A DNA stretch of 35,916 bases, taken from IMG/VR virus record IMGVR_UViG_3300045988_120569; one strand, written 5' to 3'. The notes beneath the pieces are model-generated. The model was not told the origin of the DNA, ran no database searches, and saw only the letters and a list, made by a program, of their open reading frames with translations. Origin of the DNA: a virus. Shown one piece after another: positions 15,140 through 22,953 of the stretch (the first letter of the stretch is position 1; every line of letters begins with the position of its first letter). A program made the translations under genes and the position numbers.

Positions 15140-15733
15140 ATGAAGGCTGAATTTGTGGAGAGGGCACAACGGTATTTGCTTGCTTCGGTTGAGGAGATGC
15201 GGGAGGCAAAATTGGCTCCAGCTGTACAAGCGCGGATGTTGCGACTGCGCGAGTTGTATGCCTATTGGCTCCAGAACCCGCGGTTGGTGGATAAGGACAT
15301 TGTGGGTGAGCTGCAAAAGCGACATGGGATTGGCGTGTCGCAGGCTTATGAGGATGTTCGCATTATAAAGATATGCTTGGGCAACTTGGGACGCTTGACA
15401 CGCGATTATGACCGCTACCTATTTCGTTGTAGATGTGAGGAAGGGTGGCAGATGGCACGAGAGCAAGAAGATGCAAAGGCATTTGCTGCTGTTACTGCAA
15501 CCTACTTAAAAGGCACTCAGCTTGACAAGGAAGAACACAATGCTCCCGACTACTCAGTAATCGTTCCTCAGCACTTTACGATTAGCACCGACCCGAGTGT
15601 GGCAGGCTTTAGAGTTGTGCCAGGCATTTTGGAAAAGGCTAAGAAACTTGAGGCTCGCTATGTGCAAGAGGTTGAGGAGCAACTGATGGAAGAAGCAGAC
15701 AGTGAGCTTGAAGCCGAAAAAAATGAGAAATAA
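15140..15733 (+). CDS. Hypothetical protein with a possible HTH (HGIGVSQAYEDVR) and an acidic tail
   Basis: 197-aa ORF after an A-rich leader. Confidence 0.55.
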   Translation: MKAEFVERAQRYLLASVEEMREAKLAPAVQARMLRLRELYAYWLQNPRLVDKDIVGELQKRHGIGVSQAYEDVRIIKICLGNLGRLTRDYDRYLFRCRCEEGWQMAREQEDAKAFAAVTATYLKGTQLDKEEHNAPDYSVIVPQHFTISTDPSVAGFRVVPGILEKAKKLEARYVQEVEEQLMEEADSELEAEKNEK

Positions 15734-15736
15734 GCT

Positions 15737-16135
15737 ATGCGCTATATAAACAAAATAGAGAAGGCTGCAGCCAAGCACTTGGCAATGTTGCAGATTATGC
15801 CCGATGGTGTACACGCCTTTATGCCGTCGTATGTGCCTTGGGAGGTAGTGCCGATTGTAGGGTTGGCAGGGCTTGAAGTGAGTGATGAGCGTACTGATGG
15901 CGTGCGAACGTTCACTTCGAAGCTCACCGCTACCCTTGCGGATAGTCCTATGGTAGATGCAGAGCCTATGGCTTGGTTGTTGACTCAGGTGGATGGATCG
16001 AAGTTGTTGTTGGGATGTGCAGAACGACCTATGGCAATAGCCACGATAACCGACACCCGACCCGACCGTGCTGCAGAGAAATGCGCTTGCACCCTGACGG
16101 TGAGTGTAGGGCTTGCTCCTTTTTTGCTTGTTTAA
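15737..16135 (+). CDS. Hypothetical virion-module protein
   Basis: 132-aa ORF, 3 nt after the previous stop. Confidence 0.5.
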   Translation: MRYINKIEKAAAKHLAMLQIMPDGVHAFMPSYVPWEVVPIVGLAGLEVSDERTDGVRTFTSKLTATLADSPMVDAEPMAWLLTQVDGSKLLLGCAERPMAIATITDTRPDRAAEKCACTLTVSVGLAPFLLV

Positions 16136-16153
16136 AACCTTAGAAATTACTTT

Positions 16154-17917
16154 ATGACTACTGAAGAGATTAAGAGAGCTGCTGCAGAGGTTCGCGATGA
16201 GCGAAATGAGAGCGCCAACACTGCCACACGTGTGGGTAAGGTGTTGGTGGATCTTTGCGAAGCGATAGATGCAGCAAGCAGTGAGGCTGCTGCGACGAAT
16301 GGTGCTACCAACCAGTTGATGAAGAAATATTCGGAATACTTGGAGGTGCTGAAGCCTTGGCTTGTTGGAAAGTTGCGGGAAGCCGACTTCAAGGATTTTG
16401 CCGCATTTAATAGTTACATGGATTCACTGAGACCCGATGGTCCTTTGAAGAGTGGTCGCTATCGTGCCGTGGTGAGTGGTGTTCCTCTTTTTGTGACCTA
16501 TGTTGTGCTTAGTGTTGCCAATCAGATTGCTGTTGTATGGGTTGAAGGTTTCTTTGCGGTGACTAATAATGCGCTATCCATCAATCATGAGAAAGGATTT
16601 ACAATTGCCTCACGCTATTTTGGGGAGAATAGTGTTTGGCATAGATGGAAGAGTATTCGTGGAGACTGGGAAGATGCCTTGAATGATTTGAAGGGACAAC
16701 TCCCAACTGCGCAGAGTTCTGCTTATGGAAGCAATAAGAACTATATTTACTCGAATTGCAATGACGCGATGCACCTTGCGCTAAGCGGCCATATTTGGAT
16801 TTATCATCATAAAACGGATGGCAACTTATTCTTGCGCTTTAAGAATTGGGGTGCTAACAAGGATGAAAAGGAAGAAAGTTATAGCCAAGTGATGCTACCG
16901 AATGTTAGTAGTAGCCAGCGTGGTCTGATGGACAAGGATGTTTTTAGACGCATCAATAACCAGACTTTTTCGGAAGTTAATAGCACAACGGACGCGGTGA
17001 ATATTAACTACACAAATTTTGGGGCTGATGGTAATAAGACGCTGACTATTAGCAAGGCAACGAGTGCGAAGGCTGGTGTAATGACGGCTGCTGATAGGAC
17101 TTATCTTGACGTGCTGAAGAAGTGGAACATTGGCTTGTTGGGAGAGTTCAAAGATGATGCAGCCTTTAATGATCACTTGGATAATAACATTGGGTCTCAT
17201 AGTTTGGATAGTGGACGCTATGTGGCAACTGTGGGCGGTGTTCCTCTTTTTGTGACTTTTGTTTTGAACCATTCAAAAACTAAGCGTGCAGCTCTTTGGG
17301 TTGAAGGCAGTTTTTGGTTGACGGATGGTAAAATTTCGATCAATAGTGACATGGGCGTTACCATTGCTTATCGAATTTGTAACAATGACGTTTGGGGCAG
17401 TTGGAAGACTATACGTGGGGAATCGAATGGTGGAACGGTTGCCGATGTTCCAACCGTGCAGACTTCGGCTTCGGGAAATAATAAGAATTATATTTACTCG
17501 AATAGTTCAGACGCGATGCACCTTGCACTATGCGGTAAAATTTGGATTTATCGGCATGGAACGGATGGTAACATGTTTTTGCGCTTTAAGAATTGGGGAG
17601 CTAATAACGACGAAAGGGAGGAAGCCTACAGCCAAGTGATGTTACCCAATGTTAGTAATAGTCAGCGCGGACTGATGGACAATGATGTTTTTAGACGCAT
17701 CAATAACCATACCTTATCGGAAGTTAATAGCACAACGAACGCGGTGAATATTAACTACACGAATTTGGGCGCTGATGGTAATAAGCAGCTGACTATTAGC
17801 AAGGCGACGAGTGCGAAGGCTGGCGTGATGACGGCTGATCAATATAACAATTTGAACCAGGCTGTGAAGGATATAGCATCTCTTAGAGCTCGAATTGAAG
17901 CACTTGAAGCTAAATGA
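16154..17917 (+). CDS. Fibre-like protein with an internal tandem duplication of about 249 aa and a C-terminal coiled coil
   Basis: Two homologous halves. Fibre-type motifs AKAGVMTAADRTYLD, AKAGVMTADQYNNLN and QRGLMD(K/N)DVFRRIN. Terminal LRARIEALEAK. Confidence 0.6.
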   Translation: MTTEEIKRAAAEVRDERNESANTATRVGKVLVDLCEAIDAASSEAAATNGATNQLMKKYSEYLEVLKPWLVGKLREADFKDFAAFNSYMDSLRPDGPLKSGRYRAVVSGVPLFVTYVVLSVANQIAVVWVEGFFAVTNNALSINHEKGFTIASRYFGENSVWHRWKSIRGDWEDALNDLKGQLPTAQSSAYGSNKNYIYSNCNDAMHLALSGHIWIYHHKTDGNLFLRFKNWGANKDEKEESYSQVMLPNVSSSQRGLMDKDVFRRINNQTFSEVNSTTDAVNINYTNFGADGNKTLTISKATSAKAGVMTAADRTYLDVLKKWNIGLLGEFKDDAAFNDHLDNNIGSHSLDSGRYVATVGGVPLFVTFVLNHSKTKRAALWVEGSFWLTDGKISINSDMGVTIAYRICNNDVWGSWKTIRGESNGGTVADVPTVQTSASGNNKNYIYSNSSDAMHLALCGKIWIYRHGTDGNMFLRFKNWGANNDEREEAYSQVMLPNVSNSQRGLMDNDVFRRINNHTLSEVNSTTNAVNINYTNLGADGNKQLTISKATSAKAGVMTADQYNNLNQAVKDIASLRARIEALEAK

Positions 17918-17938
17918 TGAAAAAGAGAGGGGGAAGGT

Positions 17939-18460
17939 ATGATTAAGACGGTATCGACGAGTGAGGCGAACCCAGTGTTGACTGCGAGTGGAGCCATTAT
18001 AGGTGGAACCTTTTATGCAGAGCTGCTGCAAGTGCTGTTTGACCTGCGGTGGGCCGTGTTGTTTATCATTGTACTGGTAATAACCGACTTTTGGAGCGGA
18101 CTGACGGCAAGCGTGGTGGTGCGCAAGGAAAACTTTAGATTGTCGCGTGCTTTGCGTAGGACGATCTGTAAGTTTTTGGAGTATGTGAACTTTATTATAT
18201 TTGGTTTGCTGCTTGCTAAGGCTACGCTTGAGCCCTTTGGTTTGGGTAGTGATGTGATGGGAGGCGCGATAGGTGTTGGTGCTGCTCTGCTGATAGAGTT
18301 TGACAGCATCTATGGACATGTGTGCGACATTCATGGCATAAAGAAGCGTTTTTCGGTGAAACGGCTTTTTGTGGCTTACTTGAAACGAAAGAACGCGGAT
18401 GTTGGGGAAGCTGTGGAAGAAGTTATGAAGGAGAAGGATGGCGATGAGAGAAAGGGCTAA
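17939..18460 (+). CDS. Holin candidate (multi-pass membrane protein)
   Basis: Hydrophobic segments AIIGGTFYAELLQVLF, WAVLFIIVLVITDFWSGL, FLEYVNFIIFGLLLA and GGAIGVGAALLIEF, with a charged C-terminal tail. It lies one gene cluster upstream of the amidase. Confidence 0.6.
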   Translation: MIKTVSTSEANPVLTASGAIIGGTFYAELLQVLFDLRWAVLFIIVLVITDFWSGLTASVVVRKENFRLSRALRRTICKFLEYVNFIIFGLLLAKATLEPFGLGSDVMGGAIGVGAALLIEFDSIYGHVCDIHGIKKRFSVKRLFVAYLKRKNADVGEAVEEVMKEKDGDERKG

Positions 18461-18463
18461 ATG

Positions 18464-18498
18464 AAAAAAACAGCCACACGGCAAACTCGTGTAGCTGT
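18464..18498 (-). terminator. Intrinsic terminator for the minus-strand hicAB operon
   Basis: ACAGCCACACG (18470-18480) pairs with CGTGTAGCTGT (18488-18498) with one mismatch. The A-run 18464-18470 gives a U-tract on the minus strand. Confidence 0.65.
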
Positions 18499-18551
18499 TA
18501 GGTGTTCTAATAAATCTTTATTCGGAAATGGCTAAAAGTTTGCAGCCTTTT

Positions 18552-18947
18552 TCAGAATTGAACAGATTGCAAGTGATTAACCATTTGCCCAATGCCACTT
18601 TGAATAATAGAAAGTTGCTTGGGGGATGCGGTTGCAAGACCTTGTTTGTACTTTCTCATTAAAGATGGGTTGATGCCAACAAAGTTTGCAAATTGTGACA
18701 CGTTGATGAATGGGAATGCAGCGAAGAAAGCAGCAATATCATAAGTATATGAGATTTCTGCATTTTCCCATTCGGGAGATTTGCCATGTTTGCTGCGATA
18801 GTATTCCACTTGTTCGTTGTACACCTCGAGAAAATTAGCTTTAGCTTCTTCTTCGGTTAAGCCGTAGCCAAGTAACCCTGGCATTTCTCGAACGCAGATG
18901 GCAAAACCTCCATCTTGTCCACGCTCAATAACTGCATTAAGTTTCAT
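18552..18947 (-). CDS. hicB: HicB-family antitoxin with a C-terminal HTH
   Basis: N-terminus MKLNAVIERGQDGGFAICVREMPGLLGYGLTEEEA is typical of HicB. The C-terminus VSQFANFVGINPSLMRKYKQG is HTH-like. Confidence 0.75.
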   Translation of the reverse strand: MKLNAVIERGQDGGFAICVREMPGLLGYGLTEEEAKANFLEVYNEQVEYYRSKHGKSPEWENAEISYTYDIAAFFAAFPFINVSQFANFVGINPSLMRKYKQGLATASPKQLSIIQSGIGQMVNHLQSVQF

Positions 18948-19028
18948 GCTTTGTGTGGTTTAAATGGTTTAAAAATCGTTCTAATAACCGCTCCACTTTA
19001 ATGTGGAGCGGAGAACTAAAAAAGTTCT

Positions 19029-19226
19029 TTACTTTTTAGGTTGTTTGAGTCCTGCTGCCTTTAAAATGGCATTTAGTGTTCCTGTAGGAACCTCTGCAGA
19101 ACTATGCCTGCCGACTGGTATGAAAAAATCGAAATCGGGATGAACATATTTTGTATGCCGTTTCCCTTTTGATTTAATCCATCCATTGGATTCTAACAAC
19201 CTATACAACTCTGAAAATTTTACCAT
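19029..19226 (-). CDS. hicA: HicA-family mRNA interferase toxin
   Basis: MVKFSELYRLLESNGW...GKRHTKYVHP...IPVGRHSSAEVPTGTLNAILKAAGL matches the HicA pattern. It lies upstream of hicB, as in hicAB operons. The track start at 19259 is further upstream. Confidence 0.75.
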   Translation of the reverse strand: MVKFSELYRLLESNGWIKSKGKRHTKYVHPDFDFFIPVGRHSSAEVPTGTLNAILKAAGLKQPKK

Positions 19227-19270
19227 AGTTATATATAAAGTATTATTAGAACACTGCAAAGGTAACGAAA

Positions 19271-19738
19271 ATGTTCCAAAAATACAAGAGTTTTACAAGA
19301 AAAATTTTAAAGATTATGGCAACTTTATATCCTGAGAAAGTGAAGTTTATTATTGTGCATTGCTCGGCTACGGCTGAGGGAAAGGATTTTTGCGCTAAGG
19401 ACATCGACCGATGGCACCGTGCTAAGGGATGGGACGGTATTGGGTATCACTATGTGGTGAAACTTGATGGTACCGTGGAGAAAGGACGCAATGAAACTAA
19501 GGTGGGCGCACACTGCGCTGGCGTGAACAGCTTGAGCATTGGGGTGTGCTATATTGGGGGACTTGCTGCGGACGGACGCACGCCTAAGGACACACGAACT
19601 GTGGCACAAAAGGCTGCGCTGGTGGCACTTGTGAAACGGTTGAAGAAGAAGTATCCAAGAGTTCGAGTGGTGGGACACCATTACTTTAATAAGGGGAAGG
19701 CTTGCCCTTGCTTTGAGGCGGAGAAGGAGTTTAACTAG
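19271..19738 (+). CDS. N-acetylmuramoyl-L-alanine amidase (Amidase_2/PGRP-type endolysin)
   Basis: IIVHCSAT...DIDRWHRAKGWDGIGYHYVV...GAHCAGVNSLSIGVCYIGG...GHHYFNKGKACPCF. An alternative ATG start is at 19316. Confidence 0.85.
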   Translation: MFQKYKSFTRKILKIMATLYPEKVKFIIVHCSATAEGKDFCAKDIDRWHRAKGWDGIGYHYVVKLDGTVEKGRNETKVGAHCAGVNSLSIGVCYIGGLAADGRTPKDTRTVAQKAALVALVKRLKKKYPRVRVVGHHYFNKGKACPCFEAEKEFN

Positions 19739-19777
19739 AGGAGCTAGAGGGGCTAGAGGGGCTAGATGGACTAGAGG
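19734..19777. repeat. 9-bp tandem array ACTAGAGGA/GCTAGAGGG... (5 units)
   Basis: TAG at 19736 (the amidase stop), 19745, 19754, 19763 and 19772, all in the amidase frame. An in-frame TGA follows at 19784. Confidence 0.85.
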
Positions 19778-19814
19778 ACTACTTGAATGGTAACTTGGAA
19801 AAAAAGTGAATGGT

Positions 19815-20234
19815 ATGTGGAAATGGACTTTGTTGTTGGTGTGGGGGGTGCTGATGTGCTCTTGCGCAACACGGGTGGAATATGTGCCTGTTGTGAGGGT
19901 GCGGACGGATACGCTGAAGGTGACGGAGGCTCGCATTGATAGCGTGGTGAAGCATGACAGTGTGTTTGTGCTGCAGGAGAAACGGGGCGACTCGGTGTTT
20001 GTGATGCAAACGAAGGTGAGATATAGAGACCGCTTGCAGGTGAGATGTGACACAGTGTATAAGGTGAGAGTTGACACGCTCCGCATTGACAACGGGAAAA
20101 AGAAGGCAGAATCGAAGACTGTTTGGGAGAAAAAAGAGAAACGCATAGGAGCGAGCTGGTGGTGGTTCGTTGTGGGGATTATTGCTGGGTCGGGACTTTT
20201 TTGCGCTCTAATAACTAATAAAAAAACTTGCTAA
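19815..20234 (+). CDS. Unimolecular spanin candidate (N-terminal lipoprotein signal plus C-terminal TM helix)
   Basis: MWKWTLLLVWGVLMCSCA signal with Cys. C-terminal WWWFVVGIIAGSGLFCALI. It lies directly after the endolysin. The track start at 19806 is GTG. Confidence 0.5.
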   Translation: MWKWTLLLVWGVLMCSCATRVEYVPVVRVRTDTLKVTEARIDSVVKHDSVFVLQEKRGDSVFVMQTKVRYRDRLQVRCDTVYKVRVDTLRIDNGKKKAESKTVWEKKEKRIGASWWWFVVGIIAGSGLFCALITNKKTC

Positions 20235-20249
20235 ATTTGACTTGAAAGT

Positions 20250-21332
20250 ATGAATGCAACGCTGAAGGGTGTGTGGCGCTATTGGATGTTTCCATCGGAA
20301 CTGAATGTGGTGGAGGTGGAACTTGCGCTTAATCAGGGGGAGGTGGTGAAGGCTGTGACGGTGGAGTTGAAGCTTGGTGACAAGACGCTGCTGAACGTTT
20401 CGCTGACGCCTACTGATGGTGTGGTTAGGCTGGATAACCTTATGCCTTTGCTTCGGGACGCCACGACAGATGCCATGGATGGGGTTGCTCCGCAAACGCT
20501 TACGCTGAAAGTGGGAGACAATACGTGTGGCAGTTGTAAGCTTGTGCCTTGCCGTGTGCGTTTGGCACGCGCTACGGCTGAGGATGTGGTGCGGAAGTCG
20601 TTTTTGAACTTTACGGGACGCGAGGTGAAGCTTTTGCCACCTGATGCCCGGGAGGTGTTGTATTGGTACTTGACAGATGATTGGAGCGCAGGGACCCAGG
20701 CTTGTGTGGATGCTTGCTGGTGGAACGCTGCTACTAAGGAAGTGAGAGCAAAGCAACAGTTGCTGGAAGTGGAGACTACGGAGAGTGGCGGACTGCTGAA
20801 GGTGGATGTTTCGCCTAAGGTGCTTGAGGCTCCTGCTGATGGAGAATGGAGCCTGGTGAGCTACTCGGTGCGCGTGAATGCGAGAGTGATGCGCTACAGA
20901 ATGGTGCAGCAAGGACGGAACTTGGCTCCTGTGACGGGGGTACGGTATAGGAATGCTTTGGGGGTGGATGATTCGTTCTACTTTTTTGGATCGGTGGAAG
21001 AGAAGTTGAAACCTACTTATAGTGCAGCTCGGATTGGGGGTGTGACTCGGAATTACTTGATTACGGCTCAGGCTGAATGGGAAGCAAACACGGGACACAT
21101 GACGCTCGCCATGGAACGATTGCTAAGAGACTTGGCTGTGGCGCGAAGGGCTTGGCTGATGGATGATGACGAGGAGATTGTGTTGACGGGGTGTGATGTA
21201 AAACAGAGTAATGAATGGTGCGTGGCTCCTGTGGCGACCGTGAGCTGGCGTGAGGCTGGAGACGGTGCGAGACTTGCAAGCCCAGTTGGCGTGAGGACGT
21301 TTGACGGGAGCTTTGACGAGGCGTTCTTTTAG
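20250..21332 (+). CDS. Hypothetical structural protein
   Basis: 360-aa ORF ending in the first TAG of a ladder. Confidence 0.55.
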   Translation: MNATLKGVWRYWMFPSELNVVEVELALNQGEVVKAVTVELKLGDKTLLNVSLTPTDGVVRLDNLMPLLRDATTDAMDGVAPQTLTLKVGDNTCGSCKLVPCRVRLARATAEDVVRKSFLNFTGREVKLLPPDAREVLYWYLTDDWSAGTQACVDACWWNAATKEVRAKQQLLEVETTESGGLLKVDVSPKVLEAPADGEWSLVSYSVRVNARVMRYRMVQQGRNLAPVTGVRYRNALGVDDSFYFFGSVEEKLKPTYSAARIGGVTRNYLITAQAEWEANTGHMTLAMERLLRDLAVARRAWLMDDDEEIVLTGCDVKQSNEWCVAPVATVSWREAGDGARLASPVGVRTFDGSFDEAFF

Positions 21333-21402
21333 GAGAAGTAGATTAACTAGAGGAGCTAGAGGGGATAGAAGGTGGGCGCGACCGCGCGGGGCTGGCGCTT
21401 GA
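21330..21402. repeat. TAG ladder plus GCGCGACCGCGCG (21376-21388) plus GGCGCTTGA (21394-21402) composite element
   Basis: In-frame TAG at 21330, 21339, 21348, 21357 and 21366. The boxes were read directly. Confidence 0.85.
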
Positions 21403-21452
21403 AAAATGGAAAAGACAAGAAAAACGAAATAAATAAAAGGAGGGTTGAGAGG

Positions 21453-22793
21453 ATGACAACTTCGGAGATATTTGACATACCGCAGACGCCGTTTCAGGCG
21501 GTGATGCAGGAGGTGGCGGACACTACTGCGGTGTTTGACTCGCCTAGTGGACGGTTGCTTGTGAGACCTGTGCCTGGGTTTGAGCATGAACTGTATGTGC
21601 CTTATGGCGATGACAACCAACTGCCCTATGAACTGATTGCGTTGGTGGGGGGAGACGAAGTGACGGCACAGAATAAACTGTTTAATGTGCTGACTTGCTA
21701 TGGGGCAGGACTGCGCATGGTGGATGCTGCATCGGGCGAGGTGACGCAAAACGCGGACGTGAAACGGTGGATGCGTAGGCAGTTTATGCCCAGATATATG
21801 CTTGACCAAATGACGGACATGAAATATTTTTACTACTCGGTGTGTGTGATTATCTTGAATCGTGAGGGTACACGCATTAACCGTTTGGTGCATAAGGAGG
21901 CTTGCTACTGCCGATTGGAGCAAGCTGATAAGCGTGGACGCATTGGGCATGTGTATTATGCGAATTGGCAGGACTACCAAGAAACGCTGTCGGGTGTGGA
22001 AAGGATTGAGTTGTTGGATCCTGACGACCCTTATGGGGATTTGTGCCAACGTATGGGGATTGACCCTGACACGCACGAGCCGAATGGGAGACCTAAACAG
22101 CGGTGCAGAAAGTTTGCGATGCTGATGCGTTTCCCGACGGCTGGGTGCCAATATTACCCCGTTCCTTACTGGAGTGCGGTGTTGCGAGGTGGATCGTATG
22201 ACGAGAAGCGTTTGATTTCGACTGGTAAGCGTGCGAAGCTTAGAAACACGACGAGTGTGAAGTATCAGGTGGAGATTGAGCGTTCGTATTGGCAACGTAT
22301 TTGCACTGAGGAGAACATTACGGACCCTGTGGAGATGCAGGAACGTGTGAAGCGCGAGAAGGAGAACATTAAGAACTTTGTGTGCGGTGTGGAGAACTCG
22401 GGCAAGGCTTGGATTAGTGGCTACTATGTGAACCCTGATGGGCACGAGGTGCGCGATATTCGCGTGACGAATATTGAGGGACAGAAGGAAGGTGGCGACT
22501 GGAACGAGGATGTGCAGGCTGCTGCGAACACGATTTGCTATGCTGACAATGTGCACCCTAACCTTGTGGGTGCTGTGCCTGGTAAGACGCAGACGAATAA
22601 CTCGGGGTCGGATAAGCGAGAGTTGTTCACGATGAAGCAGGCTTTGGAGATTGCTTTTCATGATATGCTGCTTGTACCCTTGCATGTGGTGTGCTGGTTT
22701 AATGGGTGGACGGATGTGGTGCCACAGATACCGATGATTCAGCTGACTACGCTGGATAAGCACAGGGATGCTGAAGTAATAAGTAATAAGTAA
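21453..22793 (+). CDS. Portal protein candidate
   Basis: About 446 aa, with a conserved-looking core (YYPVPYWSAVL..., NNSGSDKRELF). The call rests on size and context. The track start at 21372 (GTG) runs through the repeat element, so ATG 21453 is preferred. Confidence 0.45.
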   Translation: MTTSEIFDIPQTPFQAVMQEVADTTAVFDSPSGRLLVRPVPGFEHELYVPYGDDNQLPYELIALVGGDEVTAQNKLFNVLTCYGAGLRMVDAASGEVTQNADVKRWMRRQFMPRYMLDQMTDMKYFYYSVCVIILNREGTRINRLVHKEACYCRLEQADKRGRIGHVYYANWQDYQETLSGVERIELLDPDDPYGDLCQRMGIDPDTHEPNGRPKQRCRKFAMLMRFPTAGCQYYPVPYWSAVLRGGSYDEKRLISTGKRAKLRNTTSVKYQVEIERSYWQRICTEENITDPVEMQERVKREKENIKNFVCGVENSGKAWISGYYVNPDGHEVRDIRVTNIEGQKEGGDWNEDVQAAANTICYADNVHPNLVGAVPGKTQTNNSGSDKRELFTMKQALEIAFHDMLLVPLHVVCWFNGWTDVVPQIPMIQLTTLDKHRDAEVISNK

Positions 22794-22809
22794 GAAGTAA
22801 TAAGTAATA
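22775..22809. repeat. Five tandem heptamers AGTAATA (one is AGTAAGA) spanning the portal stop
   Basis: AGTAATAAGTAATAAGTAAGAAGTAATAAGTAATA. TAA occurs in all three + frames. Confidence 0.8.
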
Positions 22810-22828
22810 GGCCTGGCGGGAGGAGGGG

Positions 22829-22902
22829 GATAGAGGAGCTAGAAGGACTAGAGGGGATAGAGGGGATAGAGAGGCGCGACCGCGCGAGGGGGTGGCGCTT
22901 GA
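22829..22902. repeat. 9-bp array (GATAGAGGA, GCTAGAAGG, ACTAGAGGG, GATAGAGGG, GATAGAGAG) plus GCGCGACCGCGCG (22874-22886) plus GGCGCTTGA (22894-22902)
   Basis: Read directly. TAG at 22831, 22840, 22849, 22858 and 22867, not in the portal frame. Confidence 0.85.
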
Positions 22903-22953
22903 AAATGGAGAAAACGACCGAAAGGAACGAAATAAATAAAAGAAAGAGAGACT

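Noticed and set aside
16154-17917. Diversity-generating retroelement (template/variable repeat) explanation for the duplicated blocks in the fibre-like gene
   Set aside because: No reverse transcriptase is present in the window. Differences between the copies are not adenine-specific (C/T, G/A and multi-base changes are seen). Both copies are in-frame parts of one ORF.
21376-21388. GCGCGACCGCGCG boxes as intrinsic terminators
   Set aside because: Only 4-bp GC stems with 4-7-nt loops can form, and no U-tract follows. They more likely act as a binding or processing motif.
21372-21452. N-terminal extension of the portal candidate from GTG 21372, and similar GTG/TTG track starts at 13868, 11613, 34133, 3108, 25451, 26535, 24545 and 19806
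   Set aside because: The extensions translate intergenic repeat elements, terminators or leaders. Conventional ATG starts follow A-rich leaders a few codons downstream.
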